A DNA stretch of 64,000 nucleotides, from NCBI GenBank assembly GCA_963677485.1, contig OY781964.1, forward strand, positions 1,088,001 through 1,152,000, read 5' to 3'. Positions 19,959 to 30,435 of the stretch are shown here, piece after piece. Source of the DNA: Armatimonadota bacterium (GTDB lineage: Bacteria; Armatimonadota; HRBIN16). The notes under the pieces were generated by a model. That model had not been told where the DNA came from and did no database searches. It saw only the letters and a program-made list of their open reading frames with translations. Position 1 is the first letter of the stretch; each line of letters begins with the position of its first letter. A program made the position numbers and the translations under genes.

Positions 19959-20603
19959 TCACTTGGCCTCCGGCACACCCAGAACCGAACCCCAGCAAAA
20001 TATTGTTCTTCGTTTGCCATCTGCCGATGGTGCATCGTGGTTAGTGACAGCAGCGTGCCCATCCGCAAATGCAAATAGCGTTTTGTCAGGGATACTGCAT
20101 CTCCACGAAGGAACCCCTAGCTTCATTTGGTTCTTGTAGTAGTCCATCGGATCCTCGGTATGTAGCGGAGCCGGCACCCCTTCACTGCCATGAAAAATGT
20201 CGGCCAGGAAAGCTTGGCATTCACACTCGTAGAATGATTGAACCTGATCATATGGTGCATCTATCCAAACTGGAACCGACCGTGTATAGGCATATGAGCC
20301 GATAAGTGGTATACCAAATGGTTGAGTACAACCATTAGTCCATTCCTTGTCGTTTGGGCAACAGGTCGGCATTTTCTTAAGTAACTCGCGTGCTACTGCA
20401 TCATCGGGTGGTACATGGGTCTCGTAGTCATCCATATATATACGGAGTGCCACGACACACTGATGCAAGTTGGATAGGCATGAGGCTTGATTGGCTCTTT
20501 TGCGTCCTGATGCCAGAACGGGATACATAACTCCGGCCAATATCGCGATTATACACATTACGACCAATAGCTCTATTACCGTGAAACCTCGTTTACTACC
20601 CAT
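19959..20603 (-). CDS. prepilin-type N-terminal cleavage/methylation protein, paralog 2
   Basis: KRGFTVIELL, CLSNLHQ, AFADGHA; colinear with paralog 1. Confidence 0.85.
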   Translation of the reverse strand: MGSKRGFTVIELLVVMCIIAILAGVMYPVLASGRKRANQASCLSNLHQCVVALRIYMDDYETHVPPDDAVARELLKKMPTCCPNDKEWTNGCTQPFGIPLIGSYAYTRSVPVWIDAPYDQVQSFYECECQAFLADIFHGSEGVPAPLHTEDPMDYYKNQMKLGVPSWRCSIPDKTLFAFADGHAAVTNHDAPSADGKRRTIFCWGSVLGVPEAK

Positions 20604-20604
20604 T

Positions 20605-21066
20605 TCAGCCTCCACTTGTCTGATCCTCAGACTGAGCACGGCATACCCATTCGCAGTATTGCTGGAAAAATGCCGCAGGTATGACATAGACTACGACTGT
20701 TCCAAGAAACGAACTCATGGAATTCCAAACGTGCTGTAGGACTGAAATACCTGCAGGTTTTGGCATCCATGCCAACACGACAAATAGTGAATATGCCATG
20801 ACAATACAAATCATGATCGATAATGGCATCCAGTACCGACGTACAAGAGAACACCAGACCAGAATGGGGACTACGCAAACAAATGCTACACCGAACATAG
20901 AGCTTATACGTTTGGGTGTGATCAGACTACCATCAAAAAAAGTGCCCAGTAATGACAATGCCACTGAAAGCAACCATGCCAGAAGCAATCCTGCGATGTA
21001 TTTTACTAGGTCATACGGAAATCGATGTTTTATCACAGTCTCCTTATCTGCATAATCATTGCCCAT
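20605..21066 (-). CDS. 4-TM membrane protein, paralog 2
   Basis: RRYWMP..WMPKPAGISVLQH; start uncertain. Confidence 0.7.
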   Translation of the reverse strand: MGNDYADKETVIKHRFPYDLVKYIAGLLLAWLLSVALSLLGTFFDGSLITPKRISSMFGVAFVCVVPILVWCSLVRRYWMPLSIMICIVMAYSLFVVLAWMPKPAGISVLQHVWNSMSSFLGTVVVYVIPAAFFQQYCEWVCRAQSEDQTSGG

Positions 21067-21118
21067 TTTACTGGTACGTCCAGGTAAACCTAGGTATCCT
21101 GAGTTATGCATTGAATTA

Positions 21119-21147
21119 ATTATGATATGAATATCAATGCATGTCAA
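21119..21147 (-). promoter_or_regulatory. sigma70-type promoter, copy 2
   Basis: TTGACA-N17-CATAAT; the surrounding ~70 bp resembles 19076-19150. Confidence 0.75.
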
Positions 21148-21258
21148 GTGGTTTACACGCAGATACCTTAAAACTAGCATATTTAACAGGGATTACAGAC
21201 GGCGGGAGGGCATTTGGCAGTATAATATGGAAAACGCACCAACAGTAGGGAGCAAGCC

Positions 21259-21603
21259 ATGAGCGATGAATGCGATCCTCAGCCAGAAGATGAACTGGAT
21301 GAGGAATCACAAGCGGAGTTGGGTCCAGACACCGAGCCGTCCGGACCTCTAACATGTCTGATCTGCATGGCAGACAACGACGAAGTGATGCGCCGCGCGG
21401 TGCAGCATAACCGATGCTGGAAGTGCGGTTATGCCATCATCCAGGATGTCCGTGTCCCAAACGGCAACGCTCACGTCGATGACCTGTTCAGCGATCACAG
21501 CCCACTCGCCCGATCGTATAAACACGGTCTGGTGATGCTGCTGTTAGCCCTCATCGCATACATCTGGTATCTCATACACCTTTATCAGTCACCACAGAGA
21601 TAA
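21259..21603 (+). CDS. small protein with CxxC..CxxC motif and C-terminal TM helix
   Basis: CLIC..CWKC; ATG after GGGAG. Confidence 0.6.
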   Translation: MSDECDPQPEDELDEESQAELGPDTEPSGPLTCLICMADNDEVMRRAVQHNRCWKCGYAIIQDVRVPNGNAHVDDLFSDHSPLARSYKHGLVMLLLALIAYIWYLIHLYQSPQR

Positions 21604-21615
21604 GGTGGTGATACC

Positions 21616-22686
21616 CTACCCGATCTGTATGGCCCGCTTCAGCGTCTTAAGGTAGTCTTGGTAAACGGCGTAGCTCATGCCAGGGTGCACACTGTGGTCA
21701 CAGCTTGGTATATACCCGCCGGTCTGCTTCAGGAAGTTCACCTTGCCCTCCACCTCTTGCCGCATGATATCGCCGCCTTTTTCCACCACCAACTTATCGA
21801 TGCCGCCTATCATCTGCAGGCGCGGGTACTGCTTGCGCAGCTCCACCGGGTTGACCCCAGCCATGCCCTCCATGGGCAATATGCCTGCGATCCCACCCTC
21901 AAGGAAGCAGGGGATGATGCTGCGCATGTCGCCGTCGGAATCGACGATGATGTTCTGGCATCCATGCGACTTGATGAAGTCGGTGAGTATCTTGTAGCGC
22001 GGTGTTATGAAACGGCGCACCATCGATGGTGAGATCATGGGGCCGTTCTTGTAGGCCATGTCCTCGCCCAGAAGCACAAAGTCCACCTCGCACTCGCTCA
22101 ACACGCGACCCCACAGCTTCATGAGGAAGTCCAGATGGAAGTCCATCATCTCCTCTATCCACTCAGGCTCTTCAGCGAAGGCCACCGCCATGTCCTGGAA
22201 GTCCATGAAGTCGCGTTCAAACGCCAGGAAACCGCGGCACACCAGACCCATCGGGAACTCGCGGTCGGCGACGGAGGCCTTATACCCCTCCCAGTCGGCG
22301 GGGTATCGCGCCGGATCGGTGGCGTCCAGCCGTTTGGCGATGTCCAGAAAGTCCTGGCGGTTCTTGATGGGGAACTCGATGTAGTGAGGCATCGCACTGC
22401 CGTATTTGAACTCACGCTTGACCACTCCGCTTTCGTCACGCACGATGCGGCTGTCGGCATCCTCCTCCAGCACTTCGCGCACGAAAGCCGGACGGAAGCC
22501 AAAGTCGACGGGGAACCAGCCGAAGGGGTCATATCCAAAATGGGAGTAGACATCAACGTCACGAGATAGCCCCTCTGTATAGAAGCGGTCCAGTGTTTCC
22601 GGCCAGAACTGCATGAACTCCATAAACGGCAGTCTGTCTACGGGCTGGAAATTCATCACGGCATTGAAGCGCTCGCGTGGGTTCAT
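21616..22686 (-). CDS. uroporphyrinogen decarboxylase/MtaA-like family protein
   Basis: MNPRERF..PVDRLP, EDMAYKNGPMISP, DSDGD, GGIDK and GGYIPSCDH motifs. Confidence 0.85.
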   Translation of the reverse strand: MNPRERFNAVMNFQPVDRLPFMEFMQFWPETLDRFYTEGLSRDVDVYSHFGYDPFGWFPVDFGFRPAFVREVLEEDADSRIVRDESGVVKREFKYGSAMPHYIEFPIKNRQDFLDIAKRLDATDPARYPADWEGYKASVADREFPMGLVCRGFLAFERDFMDFQDMAVAFAEEPEWIEEMMDFHLDFLMKLWGRVLSECEVDFVLLGEDMAYKNGPMISPSMVRRFITPRYKILTDFIKSHGCQNIIVDSDGDMRSIIPCFLEGGIAGILPMEGMAGVNPVELRKQYPRLQMIGGIDKLVVEKGGDIMRQEVEGKVNFLKQTGGYIPSCDHSVHPGMSYAVYQDYLKTLKRAIQIG

Positions 22687-22884
22687 TAAGGTGACCTCCT
22701 GGTGGTATCTACATAACATATGTATCACCAAGCGGGAACTCCGTCGAAAAGTGTGTTGGGGTAATGCGGTATTGGCACAGTTAGGGGGTTGCTGGTGTGT
22801 CCGCCGCTGTTGCCGCGAGATAAATGTCGCGGCAACGGTGATCAACAGGCCCGCAGGCAAAGACCGGTATCCAAAGGCTCGCGC

Positions 22885-23331
22885 CTATTCCCCCACAACC
22901 GTGACCTTAACCGCATTGGCGAGGGCACGGTCAATGGCGATCTGAGTATAGCCGATCTGCAGCACATAGGCGGGATATTTTTGCACCAGCTTCACATGCA
23001 CCGCGGGCAGCAGTCCCAGTGACATCAGTTTACGCAGAAGCGTCTGGTCGTTGATCATCAAGCTGTGGATGAACCCCGCTTCGCCGATGGCCAGTGCGCT
23101 GAGCGGCAGAACTCCGTCGGCATTGACTGGCTGGTTGAGGTCTGCTTGAGCACGCATATGTCGGTGGTGCATCTGCTTACGAAACCACTTGACCACACCC
23201 GGCTCCCGTGGCTGCTCATAGCCGCAGTGAGGGCACTTCAACAGATGGCAGCCGCCAAACATCCCGCAGCTCTGGCAGCCTTTGGCGGATTCCTCCTCAG
23301 AAAACTCTTTTCGGCAATGCACGCAAATCAT
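22885..23331 (-). CDS. feoA: FeoA protein with Cys-rich N-terminal extension
   Basis: KLMSLGLLP..IAID FeoA core; N-terminal CVHC, CQSC..GC, CPHC. Confidence 0.8.
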   Translation of the reverse strand: MICVHCRKEFSEEESAKGCQSCGMFGGCHLLKCPHCGYEQPREPGVVKWFRKQMHHRHMRAQADLNQPVNADGVLPLSALAIGEAGFIHSLMINDQTLLRKLMSLGLLPAVHVKLVQKYPAYVLQIGYTQIAIDRALANAVKVTVVGE

Positions 23332-24770
23332 AAACTCACCCCTAAGCTCCGCAGCACCCAGTTCAACAGCGTGCCGACCCCGATGGATAACGGCAAGATG
23401 ATGGCTGCGATGCCCAGAGCCGTCTTCGTGCCACGCTCCTTGCGCATCATCATGAACTGCGCAAAGCAGGGCAGGAACAGCGTCAGCGTCACGGCGATCA
23501 CCAGCACCTGCACACCATCCAGCAGGTTCTTTTGGTGCATATGGTACAGACCGGCAGCACCGAAGTCGCGTCGGAAGAAGCCAAAGATCATGATGTCAGC
23601 CGCCGCAGCCGGCAGACCCAGCAGATGCATCACGGGCTGCAGCATGTGCGCCACCTTCTGGAAAATGTGAGCCAGCTCTGCCAGCCATATCACCACACTG
23701 GCGATGAAGAACAACGGCAGCACCTCAAGGAAGTACCAGTACATACGAGAGTATGTCTTCGCAAGGATATTGCCGATGGAGGGCCACCGCATGGAGGGCA
23801 GCTCCATGTGGAAGCTGCTGGCTTCGCCCGGCACCACTTTGCTGGCGAGCCAGCCGGTGAACAGGAACACGCAGACCAGTATCAAGCTCCACAGCAGCAG
23901 CGCGCCCGGATGGGTGCTCAAAACCGCCACAAAAACCCCCATCTGCGCTGAACACGGGATGGCAAGCGCTAACAGGAAGGTGGCAATCAGCCGCTCACGG
24001 GGGGTTTCCAGAACGCGGGTGACCATGGTGGCCATCGTGTCACATCCAAACCCGAGGATGATGGGGATCACCGATCGGCCGTTCAAGCCCACCCGCTTAA
24101 ACAGGCGGTCAATGAGCATGGCCAAACGCGGCAGATACCCGCTGTCCTCCAGGATGGAAAACATGAAGAAGAAGGTACCCACGATCGGCATGATCAACGC
24201 GATGGAATAGGTCAGCGCCAAGGGTATGAGGCCATACTCGCTGGTGAACAGGCTTTGCAGCCATGGCCAGGGGATCACGTGGTTGATCCAGCCGTTCAAG
24301 ACCGGGTTGATGTGCTGGCCGAACAGCTTGTTCTCCAGCAAATCCACTAGATACCCACCACCGAACACACCCACAAACTTATACAGTCCAAAATACAGCA
24401 CGATCAACATGATGGGTATACCGGTCAGCGGTTGGTTACACAGTCGCCCGATTCGCCCACTCCATCCAGAGCGAGTGTCCTGCGGAAGAGTCATCACGTC
24501 GGCACATATCTTGCTGGCCATCTGCTGCCTGGTGCGCATCACGCTCATCATCAATGGCTCTGGCAGTTTATGGCTGGCCTGGTGGATGATCTCCCGTATC
24601 TGCTCCGCTCTCTCGCTGCCCTGGATGTGCCGCACCCTCTCCAGCATCTGCTCATCACCCTGCACCAGTAGAAGCGCAATGGAACGGGGGGTGATGCAAT
24701 AAATGTCTTCCAGCAGCGAACAGATGTCGGTCAGTGTCTGCTCCACCGCGGGGCTATAGTCTATCTTCAT
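23328..24770 (-). CDS. feoB: ferrous iron transporter B, membrane domain
   Basis: LEDSGYLPRLA, ILGFGC, IPCSAQ, FHMELP, LFLPCFA. Confidence 0.9.
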   Translation of the reverse strand: MKIDYSPAVEQTLTDICSLLEDIYCITPRSIALLLVQGDEQMLERVRHIQGSERAEQIREIIHQASHKLPEPLMMSVMRTRQQMASKICADVMTLPQDTRSGWSGRIGRLCNQPLTGIPIMLIVLYFGLYKFVGVFGGGYLVDLLENKLFGQHINPVLNGWINHVIPWPWLQSLFTSEYGLIPLALTYSIALIMPIVGTFFFMFSILEDSGYLPRLAMLIDRLFKRVGLNGRSVIPIILGFGCDTMATMVTRVLETPRERLIATFLLALAIPCSAQMGVFVAVLSTHPGALLLWSLILVCVFLFTGWLASKVVPGEASSFHMELPSMRWPSIGNILAKTYSRMYWYFLEVLPLFFIASVVIWLAELAHIFQKVAHMLQPVMHLLGLPAAAADIMIFGFFRRDFGAAGLYHMHQKNLLDGVQVLVIAVTLTLFLPCFAQFMMMRKERGTKTALGIAAIILPLSIGVGTLLNWVLRSLGVSL

Positions 24771-25297
24771 TTCTGCACCGCCGCTGTCACCACGCGCTTC
24801 AGGCTGTCCACGCCCCTGTTCTTCAGGAACGCCGCTTCGATGACAGGTATCCCCAGCCGCTCCGAGAGCAGCGCTGAGCGAAGCTCCAAGCCCAGCTTCG
24901 CGGCTTCATCCATCATGTTCAGCACGAGGATCATGTTCAGACCCGCCTCGATGAGCTGCAGCGTGAGCGGTAACTGGCGTTCGAGGTTTTTTGCGTCCGC
25001 CACATGCACCACCAGATCGGCTTGTTCGTCGATCAGCAGGTCACGCGCCACCCGCTCCTCTTCAGTGATGCTGGCAAAGGAATACATTCCGGGGGTGTCG
25101 ACGACCTCCCATTGGCGGCCATCGATCAGGCACGAACCGCGGCTCACTTCCACCGTGGTGCCCGGGTAGTTGGATACCGTGACGTAACGCCCAGTCAACC
25201 GGTTGAACAGTAAACTCTTGCCCACGTTGGGGTTGCCAACCAGGGCCAGTTTGAAGTGCGGTGCTGGTGCGTTGTCGGAATGTTTGCGGTCACTCAT
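24767..25297 (-). CDS. feoB: FeoB GTPase domain as a separate ORF
   Basis: GNPNVGKS, SNYPGTT, DTPG, NMMD; ATGA overlap with the membrane-domain ORF. Confidence 0.9.
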   Translation of the reverse strand: MSDRKHSDNAPAPHFKLALVGNPNVGKSLLFNRLTGRYVTVSNYPGTTVEVSRGSCLIDGRQWEVVDTPGMYSFASITEEERVARDLLIDEQADLVVHVADAKNLERQLPLTLQLIEAGLNMILVLNMMDEAAKLGLELRSALLSERLGIPVIEAAFLKNRGVDSLKRVVTAAVQK

Positions 25298-25580
25298 GTT
25301 TTTAGTCTACACTAACTTTTCAAGAAAGGGAAGGGGGTATTTCTGGTGGTTTCGTAACCACAAATGGACACGAATGGGAGGTAATATCCACAGATTGCGC
25401 AGACGGCGCAGATTAGGTGGTGATAAGCTGGGAGGCGTCCGGGGCGGTCTTCGAGATCCAACCACAAATGAACACGAATGGACACGAATGCGGCATTGTC
25501 TCACGCGAAGACGCGAAGACGCGAAGGATAATGCAGACACCCTTCATCCGAGAATCTGTGTCGTCTTGGAGTCCGGCAAG

Positions 25581-26823
25581 GGCACCGTGGCTGGTCACCC
25601 CCGAATCAAACCACCAGCCCCGCCGCGACGGGTTCCATCGCCCCGTGAACGGGGCTCCATCACCCATCGCTAACGATCTAGCAGCCCGCAAGCGGGCGCA
25701 TGGGGAGGCCCACCGCATCCCGAATGCCTGAGTCCGGGGCGGTTTTCCCTAACCGCGCCGGTCTTGCGGATAGCCTACTCAAGCGGTCCTCCCGCCGTGA
25801 CATAAATGTCTCGGTTGTTGACCACCACGACTGCTGAAGCAATCTGAGGCGCCGCAAGGCCGTCCGGACACCCACGAAGTGGGTATGATTCCTTATAGCC
25901 AGGGGTGAGCGAAGCGATACCCCTGGAAAAGGCCGCATAACCCTACCCCCAGACGGGGGTCGAACGTGACCGCAGCCCTGCCCATCCGGGTCCTCTGTGG
26001 TCCTGACAACACCCGTGCCAAACGCCAGCCGGCGAGGCTCAAGACCGGCGCGGTCTTGAGCCAGCTGCAGCCGCTATGTATCCGCCAGACCGCCCCGGAC
26101 ATAGCCAATGTGGTTTCGTGGGAAGGCCCATCCGTAAAATCCGCGGTTCAGACGCGTGTCCGTCGCATCGCGGCACCCCCGCGCCCGCTTGCGGGCAGCT
26201 AGCCAATTAGACGCGCGGTGAGGGAACCCCATTCATGGGGTGACTAAACCCGCGGCACCGCGGCCGGTCACCCCCGAATCAAACCACCAGCCACGCTGCG
26301 ACGGGTTCCATCGCCCCGTGAACGGGGCTCCATCACCCGTCGCTAACGATGTAGCAGCCCGCAAGCGGGCGAGCTGGGCGGCCACCGGAGCGGCCCATAG
26401 GCCTATGTCCGCAGCCGTCCGGACACCCACGAAGTGGGTAAGATTCCTATAGCCAGGGGGGAGCGAAGCGATACCCCTGGAAAAGGCCGCATAACCCTAC
26501 CCCCGGACGGGGGTCGACGTTATCGTAAGCCGGCACACCCGTGTCATTTGTGGTCCTGACATCACCCGTGCCAAACGCCAGCTGGCGACGCAAAAGACCA
26601 GCGCGGTCTTGAGCCATCTGCAGCCGCTATGTATCCGCCAGACCGCCCCGGACTTAGCCAATATGGTCGCCGCGAGAAGGCCCATCCGTGTCATCCGTGG
26701 TTCAGATGAATGTCGTCCGCATCGCTGAACCGCCGCGCCCGCTTGCGGGCAGCCAGCCATCTAGACGCGCGGTGAGAGAACCCCATTTATGGGGTGACTA
26801 AACCCGCGGCACCGTGGCTGGTC
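25581..26823 (+). repeat. second composite REP-like repeat cluster: two imperfect tandem units (~673 and ~554 bp) with reshuffled modules
   Basis: ggcaccg(t/c)ggc(t/c)ggtc at 25581, 26254 and 26808; same hairpin modules as 11435-15192 in a different order and orientation. Confidence 0.9.
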
Positions 26824-26884
26824 GTTGATTTACCGTCTGACCAGCCCCACAGCGACGGCGGAGGGCCCTTCCGCGCAATCCGCA

Positions 26885-29632
26885 TCACCCTACCCTCACC
26901 CGCCGGTTCTTGAACCGCAGCCACATTGAGCCATCGTTCTTCGGCAGAAGCTGCCTGTATGGTGCCATCGCTTCAGGCGTAAACTCGCTCATGACCACCC
27001 AGCACCCCTTGCCTTCGGGTATACGCTCGGAGAGGTCGTGGCCCAACTGCTGTATCCGTAATGGTGCCAGGTGCTGGCTGATGAAGCACACGGCGCCTGC
27101 TTTGACACAACTCTGCAAGGCACCCATGGTTTGTTCTGACAGCTCGACACCACAGGCAAAAATCACGCCCACACCCTTCAGATGCTTCATCCCCACATTG
27201 TGGTCGAAAACCGCCACTGCCGGACTGGGTATGGTGAACCGCCAGATCTGATAGGCATGCGGCGGTGATACGGGCTCGCCGTTGAAGTTCACAGCACGGC
27301 CGTTAAGCACCCCATCGGTCAAAAGCGACCATACCTGCATATGCTCCCGGGTTTTCGGGCTGGAGTGCAAATTCATCGCACCATACAGGCAGTCCCAATA
27401 TTGGCAGCTTGCCTGTCCCCAGTCACTGTCAGGGAAGCGCACGATGGCCACCTCCGGCTGATAGTCGCGGTAGCTATACCCGCGCGGATGCGCCGGGATC
27501 CACTGCGCGATGTGCTCTTTCAACACGCGTCCGTGGCGAGTGAGGGTGTAGCTGCTGCCGTTCTGCGAATACATCTTGGTCGCCGATTCCACGTAGCAAG
27601 TGTCCACACCAGCCAGATGACAGCACCGCATCGCCATCTGCATGTAGCGGGCACTGTGTCCAGGGAGATCAGCATAATACCAAAGATCGGGACTGAACCA
27701 TAACTGTACGTTGTGCTGTATGGCCGCGCCCAGGGCTTCTGCCAGCACCACAGGATGCACATCCTCCTTCAGCAGCTTCGGCGCGAGGGTCATGCCGGAC
27801 TCCGCCATCGGAGGCCACAGCGCAGGAAACACGCTCTCGACCAGCATCTTGGCCCCATACTGCAGGTTACGCTTCACAAGACGGCCCACCGCCTGCTTGA
27901 ATGTAGAGTAAGCATCGTGCAAAGATAACCCCGTCGTCTCCACATAGAACGGCTTGCGGTTGGGCTCCGGAAGCTGGCTATAGCCGTTCCGACTAAGCTG
28001 CATGTGCTCCGATTCGTCGTAAGTGACGCCTTCGAAAACCCTTGTGGCGGCGGCTTTGCGGAGGGTATCCGGGTCCACATCCCAGCGGAAGCAGCCGTCG
28101 GCGGCCTCAAAGCTGTTCTTGCCATTGGTGCTGTTGCTGACCGGGGTGTAGTTCGGCATCTCCACGTTGAATGTGAAGTGGGTGCCGGTCGCCTTGCAGT
28201 AAGCACAGAGGTCATCGGTGATACCCGTCTGTGTCTCCAAGGGCGTGATATGCGCCACCCACAGGTTCAAATCCATCTCGCGATAGCTCCAGAGTATAGC
28301 GGGGTGACGCACCGTCCAGGCGTAGTCGGTCGCGCCAAGCAACTGCTTCCTGCGAGTGTATGGCTTGAGTTTCGGCAGAAGCGAGGAGATGGAGCTTTGG
28401 CCTTTGGGCACGACCGCAAACGCGGCGGTCGCCACGAGGCTTCCCTGATGAGCGGTCGCACGGTATAGCCCCTCCGCGAGCTGCGGCAAGGTAGCTTCCG
28501 CTTGCATCTGGCCCTCTCCGCTGGGCTGACACCGCACGGAGGGCACGGTCACCCGAGCACCGTTCCACTCCTCGATTTCAATCCGAACCCGGTTGTCATC
28601 TAGTGCCTCGAACCCGTGAATTGCGACCGTCAGACCAATCTGCTGACCCTGTTCATACAGCTCACTTCGCCCAGAGGTTTGCAGGCTCAGCAGCTTGCGG
28701 GAAGGCGCAACACCTTCGTCCAGCATATCGTTGACCCGCGCAGGCAGATAGGCCATCCATTCCGGGAATAGAGTAGATTTCGCCAGACGAGGCGTTCCAT
28801 GATCGGTGATGGTCTTCTCGTCACTGGCGGTCTGAGCGAGTTTGACACCCTGTTTGTCTGCGACCGCCAGCTCGCACAACATGCTGCACTCTGGCAGTGA
28901 GTTGAAGTGATAGCTCAACTGCAGTTCTTCTGAGCTCGAATGTAGCTTCGAGGCCACCGATCCCTGCCCGGGAATCACCGACCAGCCCGTCAGCTCCATC
29001 GGCGCGCCGTTGACGCGCACATCCGAAAGGATAAGCCCGCCTTTCGAGCTGACCATGACATCCTTCTGGTCAATGCGCAGTCGGATTTTGCTGACCCTTT
29101 GCCAGTCGAAAGCCTTATTGGGAGCGAACTGCTTTTCGGTGCGGGGGTGAATGCGAAATGACCTCGGCGCACCTGAGGTATCAAACCCAAGATCACTGTG
29201 TCCAGACTCCGGGCAGATATAGCCGCTCAGCCGACCCTCGGCATCGATGAACTGCACATAGACCCACTCAGAGAACCGGATATCGCGCACCGAGAAATCC
29301 AACTGCGTCAGCGATGTGGATGCGGGCAGCGCTTTATCGAGGTAGAGCCAGCAGTTGGCCGTATTGGTCTTCCGGGCATGAACCTCCACCTCAACCGTGT
29401 TCAGGCCAGGCTTCGCGAACTCCATCACCCGCCAGTTGACTCCTTGCCAGTCCTCACTGATGCCCACCGGCTGCCCGTTCAACCACACTCGGTACAGATC
29501 GCTGGCCACCACGCGGAGCATGGCGATATCAAAAGCTGACGGCAGTGGGCCGCTCAGACGGTAGCGAACGCGGGTGATTTCAGGGCGTTCAGCCTGGGTA
29601 GTGACCCACTGCGCCAGCTTTTCATACTGCAT
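26885..29632 (-). CDS. large hypothetical protein, possibly carbohydrate-active
   Basis: 915-aa ORF with normal codon usage, last gene of a sugar cluster; beta-sandwich-like N-terminus. Confidence 0.65.
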   Translation of the reverse strand: MQYEKLAQWVTTQAERPEITRVRYRLSGPLPSAFDIAMLRVVASDLYRVWLNGQPVGISEDWQGVNWRVMEFAKPGLNTVEVEVHARKTNTANCWLYLDKALPASTSLTQLDFSVRDIRFSEWVYVQFIDAEGRLSGYICPESGHSDLGFDTSGAPRSFRIHPRTEKQFAPNKAFDWQRVSKIRLRIDQKDVMVSSKGGLILSDVRVNGAPMELTGWSVIPGQGSVASKLHSSSEELQLSYHFNSLPECSMLCELAVADKQGVKLAQTASDEKTITDHGTPRLAKSTLFPEWMAYLPARVNDMLDEGVAPSRKLLSLQTSGRSELYEQGQQIGLTVAIHGFEALDDNRVRIEIEEWNGARVTVPSVRCQPSGEGQMQAEATLPQLAEGLYRATAHQGSLVATAAFAVVPKGQSSISSLLPKLKPYTRRKQLLGATDYAWTVRHPAILWSYREMDLNLWVAHITPLETQTGITDDLCAYCKATGTHFTFNVEMPNYTPVSNSTNGKNSFEAADGCFRWDVDPDTLRKAAATRVFEGVTYDESEHMQLSRNGYSQLPEPNRKPFYVETTGLSLHDAYSTFKQAVGRLVKRNLQYGAKMLVESVFPALWPPMAESGMTLAPKLLKEDVHPVVLAEALGAAIQHNVQLWFSPDLWYYADLPGHSARYMQMAMRCCHLAGVDTCYVESATKMYSQNGSSYTLTRHGRVLKEHIAQWIPAHPRGYSYRDYQPEVAIVRFPDSDWGQASCQYWDCLYGAMNLHSSPKTREHMQVWSLLTDGVLNGRAVNFNGEPVSPPHAYQIWRFTIPSPAVAVFDHNVGMKHLKGVGVIFACGVELSEQTMGALQSCVKAGAVCFISQHLAPLRIQQLGHDLSERIPEGKGCWVVMSEFTPEAMAPYRQLLPKNDGSMWLRFKNRRVRVG

Positions 29633-29646
29633 CGGTTATCAGCCGC

Positions 29647-30435
29647 TCACAACGAGATCAGCCGCTGGGCATTGCGTTGGAAGATATTACGCCGGTCCTC
29701 ATCCGTGATATCGGCGTTCAGCACCGCGCCGATGTAATACCACTCGCTGAACCAGGGGAAGTCGGTGCCATACACAACCTTCTTTGATCCCGCCCCATGC
29801 ACTAAATGATCGAGCACAGAGGATTCGTCCAGCACCGCGGTCAGCTCCATATACACGTTCGGGAACTCATTGGCCAGGCTGATCGCGGTATCCCAGGCAC
29901 CATGCAGCGAGTGGCCCATCAGAATGTTCAGGTTGGGGTATTTCGCCGCCGTCTGGGCAATCAACTCCGCCGTGCTGTAGATATCGGGCGTCCATGTATG
30001 CATGAGCACCGGCAGCCCGCGCGCATTCGCAAATTCGAGCACCGGACGGTAGCGCTCATCATCCAGCCGCACCGCATGATAGGCAGACAGGAACTTGAAG
30101 CCCACGAACACATCCGAATACTGATCGTAGCGCTCAAGATCACGGGCGACCGCTTCCGGGTAGTTGGGGTTGATGCCGCAATAGCAGCGTATCCGCTCGG
30201 GATACTTCCGTGCGATCTCGATATTGGGTGCATTGCCGGTATCTGGACTGAACAGGCTGGTATGGTGACACATCACCAGCAGCTTCACACCAGATCGGTT
30301 CAGGTAGTCCACAGCGGGCTGCTCCTCGGCCATGGGCATGTGCAGCCCGTATTCGGGCCCCCAATGGCCATGCAGGTCGTAGATCGGGCAGTCCTCCACC
30401 GCGGCGTTATCTCGGAATTGCTGCAACAGGCTCAT
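29647..30435 (-). CDS. amidohydrolase_2 family protein with intact metal ligands
   Basis: DLHGH, VLMHT, LMGH, YGTDFP. Confidence 0.9.
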   Translation of the reverse strand: MSLLQQFRDNAAVEDCPIYDLHGHWGPEYGLHMPMAEEQPAVDYLNRSGVKLLVMCHHTSLFSPDTGNAPNIEIARKYPERIRCYCGINPNYPEAVARDLERYDQYSDVFVGFKFLSAYHAVRLDDERYRPVLEFANARGLPVLMHTWTPDIYSTAELIAQTAAKYPNLNILMGHSLHGAWDTAISLANEFPNVYMELTAVLDESSVLDHLVHGAGSKKVVYGTDFPWFSEWYYIGAVLNADITDEDRRNIFQRNAQRLISL

